From positions 96,001 to 160,000 of IMG/VR virus record IMGVR_UViG_3300035502_000313: DNA of 64,000 bases. One strand, written 5' to 3'. The notes beneath the pieces were generated by a model. That model was not told the origin of the DNA. It searched no databases and worked only from the letters and a program-made list of their open reading frames with translations. Made by a program: the position numbers and the translations under genes. This DNA comes from a virus (taxonomy: Duplodnaviria; Caudoviricetes). Numbering within the stretch: the first letter of the stretch is position 1; the number at the start of each line of letters is the position of its first letter. This document shows, in pieces, positions 10,554 through 19,288 of this stretch.

Positions 10554-11363
10554 TTAAACTCCTCCCAAATTCTTATAAAGTTTATTACGGTTGATTTCAT
10601 CTTCTAAATCTATTCGAGAATATCTATATTCATCTACACAAACATTCATTTTCTTATCAATTTTATTTAATTCAGTTTCCAAATCATAGATATCGTTTAT
10701 ATCTGGTTTTTCTTCTCCAAAGATATAATCTTCACATTCTGTAATTATATCATCTTCTTCGCCATCCATTTCTAATTGAATACCATATGAATAACTGTTT
10801 GTCCAATCAGTATATTCCGGTGATGGAATCATTACATATGGATTATCTCTATCTAAGAAATGGAACAAATTATCTGAATATCTAGTATCCCATGCTCCTG
10901 GAACCTTCATTAGAGGACGTATTCCACATTCAAGGAATAATCTATATCTTGGAAGGAATCCTCGATCATTAGTGTAGAACAGACCCATCCCAGGTTCGTT
11001 TGCTATATAGGAGAAAGTAATAAGATCTCCATATAATATGGTTATAAGACTATACCAAAAAGCATTATTAGCTGACCATGCATCATAAGAGCATACATGA
11101 AAACTATCATAATTTAAATCAGATATATTTGTTACATAACCACGAGTTCTGAAACCAGTGGTAGAACTCTTGTTGTACTCAAACAATTTGATATTTTGAG
11201 AACAAAGCAAATAAGCTTCTATCTCATCTTCCCATATACAACCATCAATACATTCTATTTCAAATATTTCATTAAGTCTTTTGTGGAAAGTTTTGATAGC
11301 AGCGGATCCTTCAGGAGTTCCATTGCTCATAAAGGTAATAAAATTTTCACACCAATTTGGCAT
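10554..11363 (-). CDS. DUF1281/YubB-like protein
   Basis: N-terminal MPNWCEN, DAWS and EPGMG motifs. Confidence 0.55.
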   Translation of the reverse strand: MPNWCENFITFMSNGTPEGSAAIKTFHKRLNEIFEIECIDGCIWEDEIEAYLLCSQNIKLFEYNKSSTTGFRTRGYVTNISDLNYDSFHVCSYDAWSANNAFWYSLITILYGDLITFSYIANEPGMGLFYTNDRGFLPRYRLFLECGIRPLMKVPGAWDTRYSDNLFHFLDRDNPYVMIPSPEYTDWTNSYSYGIQLEMDGEEDDIITECEDYIFGEEKPDINDIYDLETELNKIDKKMNVCVDEYRYSRIDLEDEINRNKLYKNLGGV

Positions 11364-11381
11364 ATTAATCCTTCTTTCTTT

Positions 11382-11615
11382 TTACTTCTTGCTGGTATAT
11401 GAAAGCATACTACCAGCAATCATGATTGTTGATGAGCAAGCATATAATCCTATTAAATGCGTTGCTGACCATGTTACTTCCGGTATTAACCATTCAAATA
11501 TCTTGAAAATAAGAAATGATGGTATTATAGGTATTAACAAAAGTATAGCGATAAATATCCATGCTATTAGAGCATTTCTACGCTTTTCCTCTTGTTCTTG
11601 CTTTTTATCTGACAT
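11382..11615 (-). CDS. Small membrane protein
   Basis: Two hydrophobic segments; AGGAG RBS. Confidence 0.65.
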   Translation of the reverse strand: MSDKKQEQEEKRRNALIAWIFIAILLLIPIIPSFLIFKIFEWLIPEVTWSATHLIGLYACSSTIMIAGSMLSYTSKK

Positions 11616-11668
11616 ATTTCATCATCTCCTTTCTTTAAAATTTGATATGATCATTCATATCGTATATA

Positions 11669-12139
11669 TTATATACAATCATCTGTAGAAATGAAAAGAT
11701 CACGAGTTACATATTTATTGGTAATGACTTTCTTCTTAATCTTATTACCAAAAGAGTTGGTACATATAACTAGATTATTCTTATAATATCTATAACTTTC
11801 TTGATATCCAGAATAATCCCAATAGTCACATATATTACCCTTAGAATTGTATTTACATTTCCAAGAACATCCACGAGTATCTATATATGATAATGGTCTT
11901 CTATCTTCATCATATTCTATCCAATATTCAAACTTCTCATATCCGATATATTGCATACTATAAATAACATCTCCGAATGAATTACGTTTAACAACAGGAG
12001 ATTTATCTTGAGTTATCTCTTGAGAAAGACTATAACTTAATGTAGGTTTTGGTGTGAATTGGTTGGCTCTTTTCTTAAGATCACTATGTTTATATGAAGA
12101 GTATTTAGGATGAGACCTCTTTTTTCTGGTTCTGCTCAT
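11669..12139 (-). CDS. Hypothetical protein with short YD-like beta repeats
   Basis: EYDEDRR, KYNSKGN repeats; GGAGG RBS; late promoter 12158-12169. Confidence 0.6.
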   Translation of the reverse strand: MSRTRKKRSHPKYSSYKHSDLKKRANQFTPKPTLSYSLSQEITQDKSPVVKRNSFGDVIYSMQYIGYEKFEYWIEYDEDRRPLSYIDTRGCSWKCKYNSKGNICDYWDYSGYQESYRYYKNNLVICTNSFGNKIKKKVITNKYVTRDLFISTDDCI

Positions 12140-12208
12140 AACATCATCCTCCTTTATTATAAAAAAGTTATCGACCCAGTAGGAAACAAATCCTACTGGG
12201 TCTTTATA

Positions 12209-12736
12209 TTATGAACGCTTAACTACCTTAATACCTGCATTAATGCAGTTTCTAATCTGATTATCACATCTACGTAGAAGACCGCATGATAGATAATGCT
12301 TAGTATGATCAATTAATCCCTTATTAACTTCATCACACTCTACTACTACATATACATCATCAATATCAATACCATAATGCTCACAGATATTACCTACTGC
12401 TACAGCATCATTAGAAATATCGTTATCAGACATATAAATGTCAAGAAGTCTGCCATCAATGAAGTATGCTTCAGAACAAGAGCACTCATTCTTTCCACAA
12501 GTGCATTCTGATTTACCACACTTAGGACACTTCTTTACTTCACCTTTACAAATAGGCATTGCGTCTTCATCCATCTTAATACCATTAGGTACTACAACAT
12601 CAGAAAAGTTATGACCATTACCAATTGTATCTTGGAAGCTATCACATGCTTCAGTACATTCATCCTTAGTTACAGCATTTTTACAAGACTTACCAGATTC
12701 TGTAAGAATGCTAAAAATTCTTTCATTGAAACTCAT
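12209..12736 (-). CDS. Cys-rich hypothetical protein, possibly in the virion head
   Basis: CPKCGKSECTCGKNECSC cluster; AGGAGG RBS. Confidence 0.65.
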   Translation of the reverse strand: MSFNERIFSILTESGKSCKNAVTKDECTEACDSFQDTIGNGHNFSDVVVPNGIKMDEDAMPICKGEVKKCPKCGKSECTCGKNECSCSEAYFIDGRLLDIYMSDNDISNDAVAVGNICEHYGIDIDDVYVVVECDEVNKGLIDHTKHYLSCGLLRRCDNQIRNCINAGIKVVKRS

Positions 12737-12750
12737 AGTATATTCCTCCT

Positions 12751-14220
12751 TTAATATGGTGCTGAAGCTATAGACTTCAACATACTATCGTTAATTTCAT
12801 ATATACTGCTAACACCTTTAGTACGTTTGCAGCTGACTTTATTAAAAGCAAAGTACTTACCATTCATACTTTGAAGAATAGTTAAGTCCTCATACTCACG
12901 AAGTAATTTCTTTTTATACTCATATTTAACAGGGTCTAATACATTAAACACTATAGGCTTAGCCTCGTTAAATACTATTTGAGTTTGGAACTGTAATGTA
13001 GCTAAAGAACTATTAAAGTTTTCTTGAATCAATTCTTTATCTACATACTCTAATAGATTACTAAATTCTAATTGGTCATATGATAATACCTCATCAAATT
13101 CTGTTACTAATGTAGGAAGAAATTGACAGTCTACATACGATTCATTAGTATATCTAGTATATATTTCTTTTAATATATTAACAATATCATCACCAATATA
13201 TTTAAATGTTTTCACTTCAGCATCTTCAAGAAGTTCTGAGCTTTTCTTACGCTTTAGTTTACCAGTTTCTTTATCTCTTATAATCATAAACTCAGATGTT
13301 ATATCATTAGATAAAGCAAATTCTGTTTCAAATGTATTCTTATTCATTATATTTGAAATAAACATACTAGGCTGAATGTCAGATGTAATTCCAGGAGCCA
13401 TTCCACCGATAGCACAAGGACCAGTATGCTCATGAACTCTAGAAATTGTTTTAGGTTCATCCTCATTAGAATAAGATTCTTTCAATTCAGCAAATATAGT
13501 AAGCAATTGTACAAACTCGTTATTAGTAAGTCTAATATAGTTATACTCACCTTGATCTGTAATGAACTTTTCTTTCATTAATTGCTTAGCTCTATATTCT
13601 GGCATATCACGATTATTCTTATTATCTCCGCCATCTTTAATATCAAATACTAAATTATATGGTAGATAAATAGCATCTGTAATCCAAGTATGTTCTTTTC
13701 CATCATATTCATAATAAATTGTAGGTCCTGGAGTTAGTAAATCTCCAGAATCAATATTCAATACATTATCACAAAATTCAAGAAACTTCTTTTCATAACT
13801 TCCCACGTAAGTTTTGTATGTTCCATCAGACCATCTATACTTACCAGAAATACCACGATTAGCAAGCATTTTAGTTTCTTGCCATTCCATATCATCTAGT
13901 AATGTGGTCTTACCATATACTTTAAGCATATTCTTTTCATAATTCTTTCTGGCTTGTGCTTTACAGTTTTCTGAACAATATGCTTTATATCTTACAGATT
14001 TCTCGTCCCATTCAGTAGGCTTCTTGCATATACGACAAGTACCAGTAGAAGCTCCTACTGGTTCTTTCTTATTACAAACATCAAATACAATTCTATTTGC
14101 AGTAAACCCTTTTTCATCACATAGCATATCATCATGATGCTTATCTATATGACTAGCAAGACTAGTTCTTTCAAAAGATTTATTACAAAATATACATTTA
14201 TATTTTCGAGCAGAAGACAT
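12751..14220 (-). CDS. Zn-finger plus TnsA/T4 gp4-like PD-(D/E)XK nuclease with C-terminal extension
   Basis: C2H2 finger (CIFC...H...HH), CRIC/YCSENC, GSYEKKFLEFCD, WITD...DIKD. Confidence 0.6.
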   Translation of the reverse strand: MSSARKYKCIFCNKSFERTSLASHIDKHHDDMLCDEKGFTANRIVFDVCNKKEPVGASTGTCRICKKPTEWDEKSVRYKAYCSENCKAQARKNYEKNMLKVYGKTTLLDDMEWQETKMLANRGISGKYRWSDGTYKTYVGSYEKKFLEFCDNVLNIDSGDLLTPGPTIYYEYDGKEHTWITDAIYLPYNLVFDIKDGGDNKNNRDMPEYRAKQLMKEKFITDQGEYNYIRLTNNEFVQLLTIFAELKESYSNEDEPKTISRVHEHTGPCAIGGMAPGITSDIQPSMFISNIMNKNTFETEFALSNDITSEFMIIRDKETGKLKRKKSSELLEDAEVKTFKYIGDDIVNILKEIYTRYTNESYVDCQFLPTLVTEFDEVLSYDQLEFSNLLEYVDKELIQENFNSSLATLQFQTQIVFNEAKPIVFNVLDPVKYEYKKKLLREYEDLTILQSMNGKYFAFNKVSCKRTKGVSSIYEINDSMLKSIASAPY

Positions 14221-14301
14221 ATTTCATTTATCCTCCTTTCATTAGTGTATTTAATATTATGTTTTTGTAAAACTAAATTATTTTAGATATATATAATATA
14301 A

Positions 14302-14470
14302 GTGAATAAGAGATAGATATAAGTCTATCCTTGAACAGCTTATTCTCTAGACTACAATAGTCTAGATTTGGTCTAGCTCTAAGACCGTAATAAAATTGAG
14401 CGATTTAAATAAGTTAAAATGCATTGCTGATAACGGAACAGTCAACAATGCTTAAATTCTATGTTCCATT
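14302..14470 (+). ncRNA. Structured early leader or RNA with two hairpins and two H-type pseudoknots
   Basis: Pairings read directly from the sequence; details in findings. Confidence 0.55.
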
Positions 14471-14488
14471 AAAGTACAGGAGCTTATT

Positions 14489-14755
14489 ATGAAAACAACA
14501 ACTATGACAACAATAACAGCGGGCAATGTAATATTAACAAAGGATATCTTACAGTATCACTGGGATAAGAATCTTGGTGGTTATATGTTAATATTAACAA
14601 ATGAAGGTATAACAATAACAGATAGAGAAGACGGAGAAATTCAGTTTGATCCGTCATTTGATAGAGACGAACTTACTAGAAAGATTCGTCAGTCTGTTAG
14701 ATGTAATTGGGAAGACGCAAAATTTTATGCGTCTTACTATACAAGAAATATTTAA
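14489..14755 (+). CDS. Small early hypothetical protein
   Basis: AGGAG RBS, early promoter 14290, terminator 14756-14788. Confidence 0.7.
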   Translation: MKTTTMTTITAGNVILTKDILQYHWDKNLGGYMLILTNEGITITDREDGEIQFDPSFDRDELTRKIRQSVRCNWEDAKFYASYYTRNI

Positions 14756-14870
14756 AAGAAGGCGTGCATAAAGCACGCTTTCTTTTTAATAGATTAAATT
14801 ATTTTTTCATTATATATCATTGTAGTGATAGGATGAATACTATCAAATAAATTAATTTTGGAGGTTTACT

Positions 14871-15209
14871 ATGAACACGAAAAGGGAATTTGACGAGAAG
14901 AAGAATCTGAAAATAGCGTTAGGCAAGAGTTATCGTCTTCATAATTTTGACGATATCGTAAATTACCTTATCGCCATGGAATCTCAAAGGTTCCTCAGAG
15001 AAGTAATGTTCTCTAAAGACCATAACAACAAGTTCTCAGATCCATTACTGAGAAATGTTGTAAACGCTGATGATTTCTATTATAGTGCTATAATAAAAAT
15101 CACAGAAGGTCACAGCACACAGTTTCGGTATAACTTTATGAATAAGATATTCGATGAGAGTATCCCACTTACCCTTAGAGCGGAGATGCTTGATTTTGTA
15201 AAGTTATAA
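14871..15209 (+). CDS. Small early hypothetical protein
   Basis: GGAGG RBS, early promoter 14813, terminator 15236-15270. Confidence 0.7.
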   Translation: MNTKREFDEKKNLKIALGKSYRLHNFDDIVNYLIAMESQRFLREVMFSKDHNNKFSDPLLRNVVNADDFYYSAIIKITEGHSTQFRYNFMNKIFDESIPLTLRAEMLDFVKL

Positions 15210-15235
15210 GAAGCTGTACTTACACAAAGGGAAAC

Positions 15236-15270
15236 AAAGAAACGTGCTAATTAAAGCACGTTTCTTTTTT
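15236..15270. terminator. Bidirectional terminator; 26 bp identical to 33663-33688
   Basis: AAAGAAACGTGC-TAATTAAA-GCACGTTTCTTT. Confidence 0.85.
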
Positions 15271-15273
15271 ATA

Positions 15274-16986
15274 TTAATACTTGTTTACATTAAGAGTTGG
15301 AAGAATGAACTGGTTAGCAGTAGCCATGATAGTAATAATCTTAGAGATAGTATTGAGTGTGCATGTATCTGTATCAATACTTGTAAGAACTTTACCATCA
15401 TATTGTCTTGACACAATATTGAGAGGCATTCCCTTTTCAATAGACTCTGCTACAATATCATCAACAGACTCCATATTGTTCATAGTATCATATAACATAC
15501 TTGAAATTTCTACATATGCTGAATAAATGATAGTAGCAATAGCAAGCTTTGTCGAGTTAGCACTATCAGAATAGTTATCAAATATAGTCTTAGAAGCACG
15601 AAGACCCTCAAAGTTAGCAGCATAACCAACACCATTTAATGCTGCAGAACGACAGTTAAGAACAGCATCTTCGAGAAGGTCACGTTCAGCATCTCTATCT
15701 GCTACAGTAATACCGCCAACAAAGATTTCTACCATCTTACCCTTTAGAGAGTGAAGTCTCTTCTTAAGTGTATAAATATCTGTAGTATTGTTTCCTTCTA
15801 CCTCAAGCTTTTCAATCTGCTTTTCGAGATAATCAGTTCTCTGCTTAAATAGAGCTGTTGGATTACCATCTTCATCATACATATTTAATGGATAAACAAA
15901 AGTTGTCTTATTAGCATCAGAATTAACCTGAACAGCAGTACCAGCAAAATCATCAATTGTATCAGGTGTAGGAGCAAGACCCTTCTTAATATCTTCAGCC
16001 TGAATTTCTACATCAAGATACTTCTTAATATACTTACAACCACAAAGGTCACAGATATCTTCAAACTGTTCCATATCACAACCCTGAATATCTGTAATAA
16101 TATTCAACCAACCACGATTAGCAGCAGGTGCAGCAGCCATAGACTGCATAAGCATATCAATGTAAGAAGAATAGTCACGAGAAATCTTTGGTGCCATAAT
16201 AACTGTAGGAACCATATCTTCTGGTTTCTGATTCTTAATAGGACCAACAATATTCTTATAAAGAATAGCATCAAGGAATGTACCCATTTCGATAGTATCA
16301 ATTGGATCTTTAAATGCATAAATCTTAGGATTCTTGATTACACAAGCATTCTTGTCTACATCGTTAATAAGTGTAGGATCAAGGAAACCACAATCAATTG
16401 TCATACCATTAATCTCTTTAAGATATGTAGTACCATTCATAGATGCCTTTACATCAATATATACATCAAGTCCATATGTAGTATAAACATCCTTAACAAT
16501 AGATGCTAGCTTTTCATTATCATTTGTAGAGATAAGTGCAATATCATACATACTGACAATATCAGCTTCTCTAGAGTTGTTCTTAATCTCTTCACAGATT
16601 TCTTCAGTTACTTCCTTGAACTGAGTTACAATACTAGCAGGAGTAATCAAAGAAGAGTTTTCTTCTTCATATTCGGCAAGTTTCTTAAAAATAAGAGACG
16701 AAAGAATTGTGATAGATGTAGTAGAATCACCAATCTTAATAGCTTGTGTTCTTGTTTCCTCTTCAATATCAGAAAGAACAGACTTTTCGATTTCACCAGC
16801 AAACTGGATACTTCCAAGAATAGTATGACCATCCTTTGTATATCTAGGAAGTGCACCTTCCTTATAAATAATTGTATTAGAACCAAAAGGACCGAAGGAC
16901 TTACTTAGTGCATCCTTAAGAATATCCATAGTTTCAAGCTGAACTCTTCTAAGAGATTCTTTGTTAACAATGTTTGTGAAAGACAT
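15274..16986 (-). CDS. groEL: Phage GroEL-like chaperonin
   Basis: FGPFGSNTII, TKDGHTIL, IGDSTTS, VEIFVGG, LEDAVL; no GGM tail. Confidence 0.9.
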   Translation of the reverse strand: MSFTNIVNKESLRRVQLETMDILKDALSKSFGPFGSNTIIYKEGALPRYTKDGHTILGSIQFAGEIEKSVLSDIEEETRTQAIKIGDSTTSITILSSLIFKKLAEYEEENSSLITPASIVTQFKEVTEEICEEIKNNSREADIVSMYDIALISTNDNEKLASIVKDVYTTYGLDVYIDVKASMNGTTYLKEINGMTIDCGFLDPTLINDVDKNACVIKNPKIYAFKDPIDTIEMGTFLDAILYKNIVGPIKNQKPEDMVPTVIMAPKISRDYSSYIDMLMQSMAAAPAANRGWLNIITDIQGCDMEQFEDICDLCGCKYIKKYLDVEIQAEDIKKGLAPTPDTIDDFAGTAVQVNSDANKTTFVYPLNMYDEDGNPTALFKQRTDYLEKQIEKLEVEGNNTTDIYTLKKRLHSLKGKMVEIFVGGITVADRDAERDLLEDAVLNCRSAALNGVGYAANFEGLRASKTIFDNYSDSANSTKLAIATIIYSAYVEISSMLYDTMNNMESVDDIVAESIEKGMPLNIVSRQYDGKVLTSIDTDTCTLNTISKIITIMATANQFILPTLNVNKY

Positions 16987-17016
16987 ATATTATTTCCTCC
17001 TTAATAATTATATTAC

Positions 17017-17781
17017 TTAATTGTTTTTCTTTTTCTTTTTTACCACAAATCGCAATGTTGCATAATCAGGGTCATCTTTTCTATAAGTATCGATGATTCC
17101 TGTCTTAGAATAACCATTTTCCCAAAGATAATGAGAAACTTTTATATCTGGATATGGTTTATCATCAAATGTAATATTGAATTTGTAGTTCATGAAAAGG
17201 ATTCTTTTTTCATTGAATTTATTCTTAAATTTAAAAACATCGTTCTTATTCTTAAAAATAAACTCTGTATACTCATCTAATGACAAATCAGATGGGTCTT
17301 CTTTAACAATGATATTTACCTTAGAATGGTACTTTCTAATTACAGCTTCTTCCTCTTTAGAAGTACACAGCACTGTAACATGTACATTATCTATATTTGT
17401 ATATACAGAAATTAAAAAGAATAAACCAGTAATAGCCATATACTTATCTTCTTTAAGTAAGTCTGAATATCTTGTAGTCATGATTTCTTTATAAATATTA
17501 TTGGCTATTTCTTTATCTCTAATACATATAGTTACAGGATTAGGATCATTCCTATTTAAAAGAATTGTCTTAACTTGCTTGGTTGTCATATTCATAATCT
17601 TCTGATTAACATACTTTGGATTATTGAATTCTTCTTGAATCATTCTTAGAATAGCAAAATCTAAATCAACAAGTGTATTAAACATAACGAGAAAATTATG
17701 ATATCCAGTAGCTGGGTCGTTCTTTATTTCTTTTCTTGTTCCATCAGAATGAACTTCTTCGACTTTAATATCTTGAATCAT
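17017..17781 (-). CDS. Hypothetical protein, possibly a degenerate HAD-like fold
   Basis: 254 aa ORF; FNTLVDLD segment. Confidence 0.55.
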   Translation of the reverse strand: MIQDIKVEEVHSDGTRKEIKNDPATGYHNFLVMFNTLVDLDFAILRMIQEEFNNPKYVNQKIMNMTTKQVKTILLNRNDPNPVTICIRDKEIANNIYKEIMTTRYSDLLKEDKYMAITGLFFLISVYTNIDNVHVTVLCTSKEEEAVIRKYHSKVNIIVKEDPSDLSLDEYTEFIFKNKNDVFKFKNKFNEKRILFMNYKFNITFDDKPYPDIKVSHYLWENGYSKTGIIDTYRKDDPDYATLRFVVKKKKKNN

Positions 17782-18014
17782 TCTTGTAACACCACCTTTA
17801 TATCTTCTTTCTTCTTACCAACAGGTAATACATATAGTGTTTCATCTTTCTTCATTAGATGCTTTACACAATCTGAATTATAATAGATGAACTGAAGTGC
17901 TTCTTCTTCAGTATTAAAAGTCATATTAGAATAACCAGAGAATAAATATCTACCAGTGTGATCTTTGTAAAGAAATGAAACTTTATCGTTATTACGTTTT
18001 GCGATAGTAAACAA
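17778..18014 (-). CDS. Hypothetical protein
   Basis: AGGAGG RBS with TTG start; overlaps the next gene (ATGA). Confidence 0.6.
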   Translation of the reverse strand: MFTIAKRNNDKVSFLYKDHTGRYLFSGYSNMTFNTEEEALQFIYYNSDCVKHLMKKDETLYVLPVGKKKEDIKVVLQE

Positions 18015-18035
18015 AATTTATATCCTCCTAATAAT

Positions 18036-18338
18036 TTATCTATTACGTCTAATAAGAATAGATACTATAAAATATATAATAGCATAAAATGATATACTTG
18101 CCATTATACAATATAACAAAGCATTGTATTTGTTTTCTAAATACATAAAACTTCTATTTCTACTAAGTAGTCTATATATTATAGCACCAATTTTTGTTCT
18201 TGGTTTTTCTCCATCACCAAAAAATAACTGATATAGAACAAGAGTTATTGATACTATAAACACAACCATCCATATTATTAATCCTATCATACAACTTCTC
18301 CTTTTCAAAAGAGAGGGATAACAAATTATCCCTCTCAA
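18036..18338 (-). CDS. Small membrane protein (true start probably MIGLIIW)
   Basis: Two transmembrane segments; AAGGAG lies upstream of the internal ATG. Confidence 0.55.
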   Translation of the reverse strand: MRGIICYPSLLKRRSCMIGLIIWMVVFIVSITLVLYQLFFGDGEKPRTKIGAIIYRLLSRNRSFMYLENKYNALLYCIMASISFYAIIYFIVSILIRRNR

Positions 18339-18354
18339 TTATATTTTACTTATC

Positions 18355-19155
18355 TTAGTCCAACAAAGAAGCAATCTCATTCATAGCATCTTCATAATCT
18401 GTAGAGTTAATCTTAGGACTCTCTGAATTAACTGATGTTGAATTGTTATTGTACCAACTTGACTTGCTATTGAATTTACTGCTGCTATTCTCACTCTTAA
18501 TACCAAGCTTTTCTCTAGCATCTTTAATAAAGTTAAATGTACGATTATCGTTAGCCTTGTTTGCTTCAAGAACGGATGATGCCATAGCACTTGTATATGC
18601 TTCTACAAAACTCTTAAGAAGAGTTTCAATCATATCGAGTTCAATAGAACTTGAATAGTCTGTATACTTTTCAAAGTCATTACTATTTACATAGTTTACG
18701 ATTCCATATACATCTGTAGTATTAATCTCGTATGCCGCTTCTCCTTCTTTAGAACCGTCAGCTCCAATAAGATTAATAACAATGAAAGTTCCCTTTACAT
18801 TGTACATCTTCTCACCATTTGCAATATAGATAACTCCTTTATTTGTAGGAACACCAATATTTGTATAGGCATCAGGATTTGCTCTAAACTGCTGAATACA
18901 ATGCAAGAACATCTGAGCCTTTGACGGAGAAAGATAGATATCGATATGATTATTTGTATCAACCTTATTAGCAGAACCTTCCTGAACAATGATAGGATTC
19001 ATTGTAATCTTGAGAAGAGAACTCCAATATGTGAAATTAAGACAAGTGTTATCCACCTTAGATGTTGAGTTGAAGAATCTGAAAGATGAACGTGTAGACG
19101 GTGAAAAAGTATTGTTACCACCATTCTGATTGTTGCTATTGTTGTTAGTCATCAT
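18355..19155 (-). CDS. Putative single-stranded DNA-binding protein
   Basis: Beta-rich core, N/S-rich linker and acidic-hydrophobic C-terminus; inference only. Confidence 0.35.
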   Translation of the reverse strand: MMTNNNSNNQNGGNNTFSPSTRSSFRFFNSTSKVDNTCLNFTYWSSLLKITMNPIIVQEGSANKVDTNNHIDIYLSPSKAQMFLHCIQQFRANPDAYTNIGVPTNKGVIYIANGEKMYNVKGTFIVINLIGADGSKEGEAAYEINTTDVYGIVNYVNSNDFEKYTDYSSSIELDMIETLLKSFVEAYTSAMASSVLEANKANDNRTFNFIKDAREKLGIKSENSSSKFNSKSSWYNNNSTSVNSESPKINSTDYEDAMNEIASLLD

Positions 19156-19288
19156 TTTAATTTACCTCCTGGCTTTAAGCCATATTTATTTTATTAAATT
19201 GTTATAGCTATACTAATTTGTAACTATCCTATTGCCTTCAATTACGTCAACTTATTAATAAAAGTCCTTAAGAAAGGAGAGAAATAAA

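Noticed and set aside
14290-14297. Host sigma-A -10 boxes at TATAAT-containing sites
   Set aside because: No consistent TTGACA -35; the extended TATAT(T/A/C)AT..AGTGA pattern fits phage RNAP promoters better, though host use cannot be excluded
14370-14401. PreQ1-I riboswitch
   Set aside because: Similar topology, but the characteristic ligand-binding loop consensus is absent, the RBS is about 75 nt away, and no queuosine gene follows
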